From Octopus sinensis (lineage: Eukaryota), in assembly GCF_006345805.1 (NCBI RefSeq), contig NC_043013.1:52204001-52268000 (forward strand): a stretch of 64,000 nt of DNA, given 5' to 3'. The notes below the pieces were generated by a model. It ran no database searches. It had not been told where the DNA came from and was given only the letters and a program-made list of their open reading frames with translations. Positions within the stretch are counted from its first letter, which is position 1. Each line of letters begins with the position of its first letter. A program made the position numbers and the translations under genes. This document shows positions 27,828-40,994 of the stretch, in pieces.

Positions 27828-28016
27828 GATGATGTAAAGTATATTATTTGTAGTAAGAATTGAAGGTATTAATTTGATAATTTGGAATAAGAATTGTAGG
27901 TATTAATTTTGATAATTTTAATATTTAGTCCTATAAGTACCTATTGTGGATAATGTCATTCAATGATGATTGAGTTGCTTGAGGGTGATTCTGTCTCTTA
28001 AGCCTATCTATATCTA

Positions 28017-28085
<69 letters not shown>

Positions 28086-28130
28086 ATATGTATATCTATA
28101 TATATATATATATATAGTTGTATATGTATA

Positions 28131-28215
<85 letters not shown>

Positions 28216-28426
28216 ATGTTTGTGCGCCTGTGTTTGTCCCCCCCCCCCACCATCGCCTGACAACTGATGTTGGTGTGTTTATGTCCCCCATAAGTTAGCG
28301 CTTCAGTGAAAGAGACCGATAGAATAAGTACTAGGCTTACAAAGAATAAGTCCTGGGGTTGATTTGTTCGACTAAAGGCAGTGCTCCAGCATGGCCACAG
28401 ACAAATGACTGAACAAATAAGTAAAA

Positions 28427-28478
<52 letters not shown>

Positions 28479-28842
28479 TCATATGTATGTGACATGTATG
28501 TATATGCTGTTGAAAATGTTTTTCCCTCTTGATTTTTTATTTTTTACTTATTTTATCCCCATTTTTTCCCTCTCATCCCTATTTGTCAAAGAGCATAGGC
28601 TCAGAACATCAAAGACTTCCCATTCTTCCTGAGCATCAAACTAGTACACCTGTTTGTTGTTCCCTCATCTGTCTTCGTCTATTGTTTTTCTGTAAATTTG
28701 GACTATATATATATATATATATATATATAAACCTTCATCATTCCAGGGTTGATTGACTAAGGAATCAGTAACATAGAAGATGGTGCAGTTGAACTGCAGC
28801 CTCTCTTCCCCATATCCGGAGTGTTGTGCCTATGTCAAATCA

Positions 28843-28898
<56 letters not shown>

Positions 28899-29030
28899 AC
28901 TATACCAGGGTTAACTTTGTATTTCATATTTCTGAGGTAAATAAAATCAATACAAGTAATCTCTCTCTCTCTTTTTCTCTCTTCCACTAATATTGTGATG
29001 CTCTACCAATCTCAGTAATTATTATTATTA

Positions 29031-29063
<33 letters not shown>

Positions 29064-29590
29064 GGTGGCGAGCTGGCAGAATCGTTAGCATCCCAGGTAA
29101 AATGCTTAGTGGCGTTTTGTTCATTGCTATGTTCTGAGTTCAAATTCCACTGAGGTTGACATTGCTTTTCATCCTTCTGGGGTCAATAAAATAAGTACTA
29201 GTTTCATACTGGGGTCAAAGAATCGGCTCATCACCTCTCCACAAAAATTGCTGCACAAAATTTGAAATCATCATTATTATTTTATTATTGTTATTATTAT
29301 TATTATTATTGTTGTTGTTGTTATTAATTTTATCATCATCAGCATCATCATCATTTGGGCGGCAAGCTAGCAGAATTGTTGACACGCTGGAAAATATGCT
29401 GAGTGGTGTTTTGTTCATCTTCATGTTCTGAGTTCAAATTCCACTGAGGTCGACTTTGCCACTCATCCTTTCAGGGTCAATAAAATAAGTACCAGTTACG
29501 CACTGGGTTGATGTAATCGACTAGCCCCCTCACCCAAAATTTCAGGCCTTGTGCCCTTAGCAGAAAGGATCATCATCATCATCATCATTG

Positions 29591-29661
<71 letters not shown>

Positions 29662-29674
29662 GTTATTATTATCA

Positions 29675-29706
<32 letters not shown>

Positions 29707-30170
29707 GAGTGAGCGAGCAGAGCATGCCATCAAAGTGACACTGGGGTAAAATATACGAAGCCCAGTATACCCATCATGACTACCCGTCTGATAAGGGTAC
29801 ACCAGGCACATGCATCACAACCATATGTGCGCGACATGGTGATCTCATATCAAGATAAGCAGCACATGACCTTGCAGGTGGAGCCCAGTTAGAATTTTCT
29901 TCAGATCGAGTAACCCATCCCGCTCAAAAGGTCCTGAATAAGGGTTGTTTAAGGACGTTGAACGAAACACCCATGTTTCCAGAGGTGAATTATTCAAACC
30001 CCAAAGAATCCTTCTCAACACATGGCTATGATGCTCCCCACTACTTCTGCTCGTGATCAGAGATGCACATATCGTCAGCCACTAAGGGACATGCTCAACT
30101 GGTTAAGATCAAACAACTGACAAGCAAATCTGTGGTATTGAGCAGAATATTTGCTGTAGCCCATCTTTTT
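29707..30170 (-). mobile_element. (TAA)n-associated interspersed repeat, copy 2
   Basis: Same sequence as 2770-3283, embedded in (TTA)n. Confidence 0.85.
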
Positions 30171-30188
30171 ATTATTATTATTATTATC

Positions 30189-30229
<41 letters not shown>

Positions 30230-31872
30230 GGCGGTGTGCTGGCAGAATTGTTAGCATTCTGAGTGAAAATCTTAATGGCATTTCGTCTGTCCTTATGTTC
30301 TGAGTTCAAATTCTGCCAAGGTCAACTTTGCTTTTCATCCTTTCGGGGTCGATAAATTAAGTACCAGTTGTGTACTGGGGTCGATGTAATCGACTATCCC
30401 CCACCCCCAAATTTCAGGCCTTGTGTCTATAGTAGAAAGGATTATTATTGTTATTGTTGTTGTTAATGTTATTATCAAGAAGGTGGTATCAAAGAAGAAA
30501 AAAAAAAGGATGAGTAAAAGAAAGAAAATGAAAAGAAAATAGTTGAAATTAATTATTATTATTGTCATCTCCATTTACCATCGTAAGCTGCTAATGAATG
30601 CCGCTAGGTTTTTGTCTTCTTTCTCCAACTAAGATGAAACATCTTAATTTATTAAGAACGTTTTGCATTTGTCATTCAGTTTTATCGACATCTGCCTGAG
30701 TTATCGTCTCAAGCTGTGTCATTGGCCGATTACAGTTACTTCCCTTTGCTCAGTATTGTTGTGTGGTAGATGCAAGCGTGGCTATGAGGTTAAGAAATTC
30801 ACTTGGAATCTACATGGTTTCAGGTTCAATTCCACTGTGTGGCTTCTTGGGCAAGTGTCTTCTGTTATAACCCTGGACTGACTAATGCCTTGTGAATGAA
30901 TTTGGTCAATGGAAACTGTGTGGAAGCCCATTATATATTTGTGCGTAAAGTGATGAGCTGGTAGAAACCTTAGCACACTGGACGAAACGATTAACAGTAT
31001 TTCGCCTGTCTTTATGTTCTGAGTTCAAATTCCACCGAGGTCGACTTTGCCTTTCATCCTTTCGGGGTTGATAAATTAAGCACCAGCTGTGTACTGGGGT
31101 CGATCTAATTGACTGGCTCCCCTCCCCCAAAATTTCAGGCCTTGTGCCTAGAGTAGAAAAGATTGTGTGTGTGTGAATGTGTGTGAGTGTGTGTGCATGT
31201 ACTTGTGTCTTTATGTTTCCATTTGTCCTTCTCACTAAATAACAACCAGTGTTGGTTTGTTTATATCCCTGCAACTAGCAGTTTGGCAAAAGACATCAAC
31301 AGAATGAGTTTAAGACTTAAAAGAATAACTACTGGTGTTTGCTGTTGATTTGTTTGACTAAATCCTTCAAGGCAATGCTCCAGCATGGCCTTAGTCTAAC
31401 GGCTGAAACATGTAAAATACAAAAGACTGAAATTAATTGCTTAAATTCCCTCAAAATCTTTCAAACACTTCATTTTACCTTTTTTTAGTGAGTTTATTTT
31501 TGACTTTCTCTATAAAATTATTTCCAAAGCTTTCTAATCAAAAGCTGCAAGGACAAAACTTTCATTTTAACTTCAAGAATTTTGTGTTAATTACCTAACT
31601 TCTATCTGGCTTTGCACCAAAATATTTGAAGGACTCTTTTGCCTGCCAACTCAGAATCACAGAATCTCGAGTCTGATTCAATTATGGCTTTTTTCTAAAC
31701 CTTCAACAAAATGTCATTAAGTGAAACTTTTGCATGTGTCACCTTAAGCTTTTGGAATTCATTACTAACCAATCCAAGAATGGTATTTGATTACATCACA
31801 GCAAACCAAAACCACATCTTTTTCCCAAATAGCTTAAGACAAATACATACATACATACATACACACATACAT

Positions 31873-31968
<96 letters not shown>

Positions 31969-31969
31969 G

Positions 31970-32312
31970 GGGAGGCTGTGTGGTAAGTAGCTTGTTTACC
32001 AACCACATGGTTCCAGGTTCAGTCCCACTGTGTGGCATCTTGGGCAAGTGTCTTCTACTATAGCCTAGGGCCCGTCGCATATATGTATATATATGTGTGT
32101 GTGTGTATATGTTTGTGCGTCTGTGTTAGTCCCCCCAACATTGCTTGGCAACCGATGCTGGTTTATGTCTCCGTAACTTAGCGGTTCGGCAAAAGAGACC
32201 GATAGAATAAGTACTAGGTTTACAAAGAATAAGTCTTGGGGTCGATTTGCTCGACTAAAGGTGGTGCTCCAGCATGGCCGCAGTCAAATGACTGAAACAA
32301 GTAAAAGAGTAG
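31970..32312 (+). mobile_element. SINE family B with internal deletion
   Basis: Same as 4026-4445. Confidence 0.85.
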
Positions 32313-32670
32313 CCTCATTTTAAAAAGCCCTTATCTAGGTCTTCTCTGAAAAACCCTTGCATAAACTCACTGTAAGAGATCCTTACCCAGGCCCTCCCTG
32401 AAAAATTGTTACCTGGGCTGTCTCCGAAAAAGCTTCCTATAGATTCCCACTACAGTAATGTTTCCTTTTCCAAAGAATTATCACAAAACACAGGTGCAAC
32501 ATTATCCCTCTGTCTCCCTTATATATGTTCCACCTTATTATCTATATCCTTTGCAAAAAGAATTTTGATAATAAAACTCCGGATTATTCCAAATCGGAAA
32601 GTTTATAAATATATTTCCCTCTGTTTGTATATGGTTTTTAGTATTATGAGATGTTTTAAATCGGGGTTTG

Positions 32671-32730
<60 letters not shown>

Positions 32731-32733
<3 letters not shown>

Positions 32734-33210
32734 TAGCCTTATTTTTATCATGTGCTTCCACTGCACTACCAAGCGCAGCTCTGTGTGCCTTGGGTATGTG
32801 TTGTGATTTGTTGTGATGCTCTTATTTTTACTGTATTGAAAGTGTTTTTACATAGGATGTGCACAGTGCTTAGTAGTGCTATTTTCTGTATGTTATATAT
32901 ACTTGTTAACATTGGTGTTTTTGTTATGTATTTCTCTGAATGTCTCTTTTTATTATGCCTAATGCACCTACTGTGATAGGAATTGCTTCTGTTTTTAGAC
33001 TCCACATTCGAGTTACCTCTATTTCCAGATCTTTATATTTTGAAAGTTTCTCTGTTTCTTTTAGAGAAGCATTGTCTTCTGTTGGTATTGATACATCAAT
33101 TAGAAAGCATTTGTTTTTCTTGGTGATCTCTGATAACTATATCCAGCATATTGGCCTTAATTATTCTATCTGTGTGTATTGGCACATCCCAGAGTATGGT
33201 TGCTTTCTCA
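32731..33210 (-). mobile_element. R4/Dong-type non-LTR element 3' fragment (restriction-like endonuclease) in a (TAA)n tract
   Basis: Reverse strand: CFLIDVSIPTEDNASLKETEKLSKYKDLEIEVTRMWSLKTEAIPITVGALG. Flanked by (TTA)n on both sides. Confidence 0.85.
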
Positions 33211-33514
33211 TTTATTATTATTATCGTTATTATTATTACTATGATTATTATTATTGTTATTAAGGTGATAAGTTGGCAGTATCATTAACATGTCAAACAT
33301 AAGGCTTAGCAGCAGTTTGTCTGCATTTATGTTCTGAGTTCAAATTCCGCTGAAGTCAACTTTACCTTTCATTGTTTCAGGTTCGATAAAATAAAGTACC
33401 AGTTGAATACAAGGACTGATGTAGTTGACTAGATCCCTCTCCACTAAAATTTCTGGCCTTGTGCCTAAAGTAGAAAGTATTACTATTATTGTTATTATTA
33501 TTATTATTATTATT

Positions 33515-33908
33515 TTTTTTTCCTTCTTTCTTCAAATTTCTTTCCGTTTCTTGCCGAGTGTTTTCTGTAGACCTAGGGCAGAGAAGCTCATTGTATGCAT
33601 TCCCAGATTATACACGCAAATTCACAGGTAAAATATGTATTTAAAAAATTTAATAAATAAATAAATTCATGAATGGATGTTGTTTTCACAGCGATAATGC
33701 TCTTCTCAAGTACATGAGTCATTCCAGTTAACACGATTTTTTGCACTTCCTGTAGGGATGTGCAAAAAATCCTGGTATCATTTTCAAATAGGTTTCAGTA
33801 CTTTTTTTTATCATTCCTAGAGATCCTACAATCACTGGTACTGTAGCCGCCTTGAGATGCCACATTTTTTTCAATTTCTATTAGCAAGTCTTTATATTTA
33901 CAGATCTT
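33515..33908 (-). mobile_element. Second R4/Dong-type 3' fragment
   Basis: Reverse strand: KYKDLLIEIEK...LQEVQKIVLTGMTHVL. Flanked by (TTA)n. Confidence 0.7.
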
Positions 33909-34094
33909 TATTATTATTATTATTATTATTATAGATGTCACACAGTATACAATGTCGTGAGGTTGTTGACTGAAGACATTGAAGATATGTGTACTACATG
34001 GTGATCTCATATCAAAATAAACAGCACATGACCTTGCAGGTGGGGCCCAGTTAGAATTTTCTTCAGGTCTTATTGTTATCATTAATATTATTTA

Positions 34095-34385
34095 AGACAT
34101 TGCACAGTATCCAATATCGTGAGGTTGCTGACTGAAGATATTGTGTCCACCGGGGGTTTGTACTGTTTGTCAAGTCACAACAAGGACCTCAGACACACAA
34201 TATTTTATGCAATATGCATGCAGTTCCAAGTAATGCCGACTTTAGCAATACCCCTAGATTTTAGGGTATTTCTAAGGTTTTCTGATGTTTTTTTCAGATT
34301 GGGTGGTATTGAACCCAATGCTCCGATGACAATAGGGATAACCTTTATGGTTGATTCTCGCAGCTGCCATCTTAGTGATCTCAGT
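34095..34385 (-). mobile_element. Third R4/Dong-type 3' fragment
   Basis: Reverse strand: KVIPIVIGALGSIP...KSALLGTACILHKIL (frameshifted). Adjacent to (TTA)n. Confidence 0.7.
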
Positions 34386-34410
34386 TATTATTATTATTAT
34401 TATTATTATT

Positions 34411-34961
34411 GAGTGAGAGAGCAGAGCATGCCATCAAAGTGACACTGGGTAAAATATACAAAGCCCAGTATACCCATCATGACTACCTGTCTGATAAAGG
34501 TACATCAGGAACATGCATCACAACCATATGTGTGCGACATGGTGATCTCATATCAAGATTAACAGCGCATGACCTTGCAGGTGGGGCCCAGTTAAAATTT
34601 TCGTCTGGTCGAATAGCCCATTCCACTCAAGAGCTCCCTGAATAAGGGTTGTTTAAGGATGTTGAATGAATCACCCATGTTTCCAGAGGTGAATTATTCA
34701 AACCCCAAAGAATTCTTCTCAACACACGGCTATGATGCTCCCCCACTACTTCTATTTGTGATCAGAGATGCACATATCGTCAGCCACTAAGGGACATGCT
34801 CAACTGGTTAAGGTCAAACAACTGACAAGCAAATCTGTGGTATTGAGCAGAATATTTGCTGTAGCCCATCTTTTATACCAAGACAAAACAATGTACATGA
34901 TAACACTTCCAATCAGTTAAGATCAGAAGCCATGAGAGCCATTAACTGGTACTGCATCAGT
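34411..34961 (-). mobile_element. (TAA)n-associated interspersed repeat, copy 3 (longest)
   Basis: Same sequence as 2770-3283, embedded in (TTA)n. A small internal piece also occurs at about 33997-34070. Confidence 0.85.
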
Positions 34962-35567
34962 ATATTATTATTATCATTATTATTATCATAAGGTTTGGCA
35001 GACTCATTAAGAGTACCAGATAAAAAGTACCGCAGTATCTATTTCAATGCTTTATATTTTGAATTTGAAACCTGCTGAGGTCAACTTTGCCTTTTATTTG
35101 TCATAACACCCCCATAACAACGGTCATTTCGACCCATCCTACTATTGCCCCTTATGGATTTCAACATGTGATGCATCAATTTTGCAGTCTGGGTCTCAGC
35201 AGGTACATCTATACATAAAGGTTTGTGTCTTGCTAAGAAACCCCAAGTTTTGGCTGTCATCTTGTTATATACCCTTCGGGGCCTATTTGTCTATTTATCT
35301 TGCTAGCTAGGTAGCTATACATGCATATAGATATAGGTGTATAGTATATGTAGTAGCTATGCATCCGTAACTATAGCTATCATTATCATCATTGTTTTAA
35401 TATAATTTTTTTCAATGCTTGCATTGTTCAATATACTTGTACGTGCATACATGTATACATACATACATGCATATAAAGTTAATCCAAACAAGAAAACACA
35501 AAAAAGCACAACAACGCGAGGTCGTGGAACAAATATAGTATTATTGGACGCTCAGGAAAGAAGGAGG

Positions 35568-35602
35568 GTTTAACGTTTCGAGCAGAGCTCTTCGTCGGAA
35601 AC
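35568..35602 (-). ncRNA. Atypical ultra-minimal hammerhead-like motif within a Penelope-type pLTR-like repeat
   Basis: Reverse strand: gttt-CCGACGA-A-gagc(tct)gctc-GAAA-CG-TT-aaac. Confidence 0.45.
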
Positions 35603-36131
35603 ATAGGAGAAGGAAAGATCCAGAGAAGGGAAGACAGAGGAAGAAAAATCGCCAACGGTACACACGAGGTCACATACATACATATGTGTGTGTGCGTGTC
35701 TGTCTGTCTGTCTTGCCTCTCTCTCTCTCTCTCCTTGTCTGTCTCTATACACACACACACACACTCACACACAGATACACACACATATACACAAACTTAT
35801 ATAAAACTGTTTATGCATATATATGTACAGTATATATATATATGTTTATAGATATATAGTCATAAATACACACAATCTATCATATATATACATAAATATG
35901 ACAATATTATTTGAAGCGTACAGCGTTATATACCCATTATGAGTGATCTTACGAATCAGTTTCGCACTTGGGATTCAGTGGAGTGTTAGGTAACAATCCG
36001 ATGATACAACCTTTCACTCATCAGGTCATTACCTAACACCCCATTTTAATCCCTAGCTTGAAACCAATTGGTAAGGTTAGTTGTAATAGATAGATAGGAC
36101 TATATATATATATACATAAATATACACATTG

Positions 36132-36159
<28 letters not shown>

Positions 36160-36172
<13 letters not shown>

Positions 36173-36572
36173 TATATGTATATATATATACATACATACA
36201 TATATATATATATATACACATATTGATACACTCACAAATGCATAGACAGCCATGCACATAGATATAAATATATATATCTATATGTGTGCATAGCCATATA
36301 TTTATATATACATCTTTAACATGAAATAAATATTTCAGGTGGCCACATTTTTATGGCATACATTCAGATCTTCAACTGATTGACTATTGTTGGTGGACCT
36401 ACTCTATTAACAGGAAACAGGGTATCGACTTGGTATTCTGACTGTAACTTATATAATAAACATTAATTTATACTCTAACCTTTGGTATTGAGTACTCTTT
36501 AATTCTTTTTTCACCAGTAACATATTGATAATTTTTGTATATGTGGAGTATATATATGTAGTTTTATATATA

Positions 36573-36613
<41 letters not shown>

Positions 36614-37001
36614 TATATGTATATATATATACATACATACATATATATATATATATACACATATTGATACACTCACAAATGCATAGACAGCCATGCACAT
36701 AGATATAAATATATATATCTATATGTGTGCATAGCCATATATTTATATATACATCTTTAACATGAAATAAATATTTCAGGTGGCCACATTTTTATGGCAT
36801 ACATTCAGATCTTCAACTGATTGACTATTGTTGGTGGACCTACTCTATTAACAGGAAACAGGGTATCGACTTGGTATTCTGACTGTAACTTATATAATAA
36901 ACATTAATTTATACTCTAACCTTTGGTATTGAGTACTCTTTAATTCTTTTTTCACCAGTAACATATTGATAATTTTTGTATATGTGGAGTATATATATGT
37001 A

Positions 37002-37016
<15 letters not shown>
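36160..37016. repeat. Direct tandem duplication, period 441 bp
   Basis: CATATTGATACACTCACAAATG...GTAGTTTTATAT occurs twice, apparently identical, with junctions in (TA)n. Confidence 0.9.
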
Positions 37017-37037
<21 letters not shown>

Positions 37038-37597
37038 TACATATATATACTCCACATATACAAAAATTATCAATATGTTACTATACATATATATATATAG
37101 TACAAAGTAAGATAGGGGTTATGAAAGTAACCCACTATGGGATATCAGTTATCCAATATACTGCTGGTGAAGTACCCAAATACTAAATACATAAATGCTT
37201 ATAATTGCAATGCAATTAATTCATTTATTGTATTGAATGGGTGAAGGTAAAAAATATTTTACCGTAAATTCATAATACAAATAAGAAAATGGAGAAACAA
37301 ATTCATTTCGATCATGAATTTAGGGATATTACAAGTTTACATTATTTATTAATTATACAAATAGGAACATGAAAATCGAACAAAACAATATATATCAATA
37401 TGCAAATTGATAATAAAATAAAAATAATACAAATAAACTGCTCCTTACAGCTGTTTCAGCCTATGGTCAAGAGACAATCCAACTTAAATTGCCTATAGAT
37501 GCCATTGTAATATAGTCCCAGGAAGCCGGGCCCATGAGCTTGAAAATGGCGCATAAATAAATAAATAAATAAATAAATAACTATATATATATACATA

Positions 37598-39955
37598 AAA
37601 GGCAGACTGTATGATGCATGTGTACGTACAGCCATGCTACATGGTAGTGAAACATGGGCCGTGACTGCTGAGGATATGCGTAAGCTCGCAAGAAATGAAG
37701 CCAGTATGCTCCGATGGATGTGTAATGTCAGTGTTCATAATCGTCAGAGTGTAAGTACCTTGAGAAAAAAGTTGAACCTAAGAAGCGTCAGTTGTGGTGT
37801 GCAAGAGAGACGGCTGTGCTGGTATGGTCATGTGACGAGAATGGCTAAAGATAGCTGTGTGCAAAAGTGCTACACCCTAGCAGTTGAGGGAACCTGTGGA
37901 AGAGGTAGACCCAGGAAAACCTGGGACGAGGTGGTGAAGCACGACCTTCGAACTTTAGGTCTCACCAAGGAAATGACTAGAGACCGAGTCCTATGGAAGT
38001 GTGCTGTGCATGAGAGGACCCGGCAGGACTAGTCAGGCCATAACCCGTGGCCCCTACCTGGGACGTAGTCAGTCCACCTGTGCATACCTTCCTTCTTGTG
38101 ACACTTGTGAAGACCTGCTGAGGCAAGTGAAAATCAAAACAAATCAAAATAGATGAACATCAATGGAATTTGTATCTTTGTGGTACCAGTGCCGGTGGCA
38201 CACAGGAAAACCATCCGAACGTGGCTGTAGCCAGTACCGCATCGACTGGCCTCCGTGCTGTGGGCACATGGCAAACACCATCTGATCGTGGCCGTTCGCC
38301 AGCCTCATATGGCACCTGTGTTGGTGGCACATAAAAACACCATCCGAAGACCCGGCAAGACTAGTCAGGCCATAACCCGTGGCCCCTACCTGGGACGTAG
38401 TCAGTCCACCTGTGCATACCTTCCTTCTTGTGACACTTGTGAAGACCTGTTGAGGCAAGTGAAAATCAAAATCAAAATCAAAATCAAAACAAATCAAAAT
38501 AGATGAACATCAATGGAATTTGTATCTTTGTGGTACCAGTGCCGGTGGGACACAAGAAAACCATCCGAACGTGGCCGTAGCCAGTGCCGCATCGACTGGC
38601 CTCCGTGCTGTGGGCACGTAACAAACACCATCCGATCGTGGCCGTTCGCCAGCCTCATCTGGCACCTATGTCGGTGGCACATAAAAACACCATCCGAAGA
38701 CCCGGCAAGACTAGTCAGGCCATAACCTGTGGCCCCTACCTGGGACGTAGTCAGTCCACCTGTGCATACCTTCCTTCTTGTAATACTTGTGAAGACCTGT
38801 TGAGGCAAGTGAAAATCAAAACAAATCAAAATAGATGAACATCAATGGAATTTGTATCTTTGTGGTACCAGTGCCGGTGGCACACAAGAAAACCATCCGA
38901 ACGTGGCCGTAGCCAGTACCGCATCGACTGGCCTCCGTGCTGTGGGCACGTAACAAACACCATCCGATCGTGGCCGTTCGCCAGCCTCATCTGGCACCTA
39001 TGTCGGTGGCACATAAAAACACCATCCGAAGACCCGGCAAGACTAGTCAGGCCATAACCCATGGCCCCTACCTGGGACGTAGTCAGTCCACCTGTGCATA
39101 CCTTCCTTCTTGTGACACTTGTGAAGACCTGTTGAGGCAAGTGAAAATCAAAATCAAAACAAATCAAAATAGATGAACATCAATGGAATCTGTATCTTTG
39201 TGGTACCAGTGCCGGTGGCACACACTTTGTGGTACCAGTGCCGGTGGCACACATGAGAACCATCCGAATGTGGCCGTAGCCAGTTCCGCATCGACCGGCC
39301 TCCGTGCTGTGGGCACGTAACAAACACCATCCGATCGTGGCCGTTCGCCAGCCTCATCTGGCACCTATGTCGGTGGCACATAAAAACACCATCCGAAGAC
39401 CCGGCAAGACTAGTCAGGCCATAACCCATGGCCCCTACCTGGGACGTAGTCAGTCCACCTGTGCATACCTTCCTTCTTGTGACACTTGTGAAGACCTGTT
39501 GAGCAAGTGAAAATCAAAACAATCAAAATAGATGAACATCAATGGAATTTGTATCTTTGTGGTACCAGTGCCGGTGGCACACAAGAAAACCATCCGAACG
39601 TGGCCGTAGCCAGTACCGCATCGACTGGCCTCCGTGCTGTGGCACGTAACAAACACCATCCGATCGTGGCCGTTTGCCAGCCTCATCTGGCACCTGTGTC
39701 GGTGGCACATAAAAAACACCATCCGAGCGTGGCCGTTCGCCAGCCTCGTCTGGCACCTGTGTCAGTGGCACATAAAATCACCCACTACACTCTCGGAGTG
39801 GTTGGCGTTAGGAAGGGCATCCAGCTGTAGAAACACTGCCAGATCTGACTGGCCTGGTGCAGCCTTCAGGCTCCCCAGACCCCAGTTGAACCGTCCAACC
39901 CATGCTATCATGGAAAGCGGACGTTAAATGATGATGATGATGATGATGATGATGA
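37598..39955 (+). mobile_element. 5'-truncated RTE-clade LINE (ORF2 C-terminus, amplified 3' UTR, (GAT)n tail)
   Basis: KGRLYDACVRTAMLHGSETW...MLRWM...RRLCWYGHV...GRGRPRKTW..VV..DL is a typical RTE ORF2 end. 3' end CCAACCCATGC..CATGGAAAGCGGACGTTAAA(TGA)n. Confidence 0.9.
38017..39726 (+). repeat. Tandem array of five ~330-367 bp units inside the RTE 3' UTR
   Basis: Units start at GACCCGGCA(A/G)GACTAG at 38017, 38349, 38699, 39031 and 39398, and are nearly identical. Confidence 0.95.
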
Positions 39956-40423
39956 AACATATGTATATATAAATATATATTTGTATATGCATATGTATGT
40001 GTGTGTGTGTATTTCTACATGCGTCTGTATCAGATGCACACACTGCACACAAAAACTGCATAATGGAACAGCGACCATTGTTCTTGAAGTGATTTCACAT
40101 CTGCTGCTTCTCCAGCGGCCACAACCAGAATCTCCGGGAATACAGAAATGGACAGGACAATAGTGAAAGTGCAGTATGTCTGGCCCCTTTAAAGTGCAAG
40201 CGATTAGATTCATCACTGCAATGCGTTTTAGACAGGCGGAGACATGATACAACAAACTGGGAAGTTGGATTTACCTACGTGCAATATAATAGCCATTAAT
40301 CATTGCATATGTATCATTAAATAAGTTGCTTTTTTGTTTATATCAGCATAATAATAATAATAATGATAATAATAATCATCATCATCATCACCATCACCAC
40401 CACCACCATTATTATTATTATTA

Positions 40424-40482
<59 letters not shown>

Positions 40483-40994
40483 GTTATTATTGTTATTATT
40501 ATTTGGTTGTGTTATTTTGTTTTTATTTCCCATACAATCACCGTTTTACGAATAAAGCCGGGTCGATGATTGTTTGGTAATAAAAAAAAAAAACTAAGCA
40601 AGATTTATTAGTTTGCAGAATCGTTTGCATGGTAATTTTTCCAGACAATGATAGATTCATGAGCGCAAACCAGAAATAGAAAGTTGGCAACAATTAGCAT
40701 CTTTTTTTGCTGAGATTCAGTCACGAAGGCTGTTCTTCTCGTCCACAAGTTAATGACATCACTAAACCATTGAAACCAATCCATTTTATTATCGATATTG
40801 ATATCTCAGCAGGTTCTGAGATTTCGTGCTTAAGATGGCTATAAAGAGATGAACTTATTACATAAGACGTTATGGTGATAACATCATTAACCCATCTCAA
40901 CCCATGTGCTTTATTGTGATGAGTCCAAAGTTTTGCAATATTTTGGTAAATTATATTTGTTTTATTCCTCAAGTGACAACAAAAGCAGCCTAGC

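Noticed and set aside
37441-37470. Hammerhead 3' half GAAACAGCTGTA on the minus strand (similar half near 11582)
   Set aside because: No matching CUGANGA and stem I half found nearby, so not called as a ribozyme.
38017-39726. CRISPR-like array or repeated protein-coding ORFs
   Set aside because: Units are ~335 bp near-identical copies with no unique spacers, in a eukaryotic LINE 3' UTR. The ORFs are by-products of the repeat.
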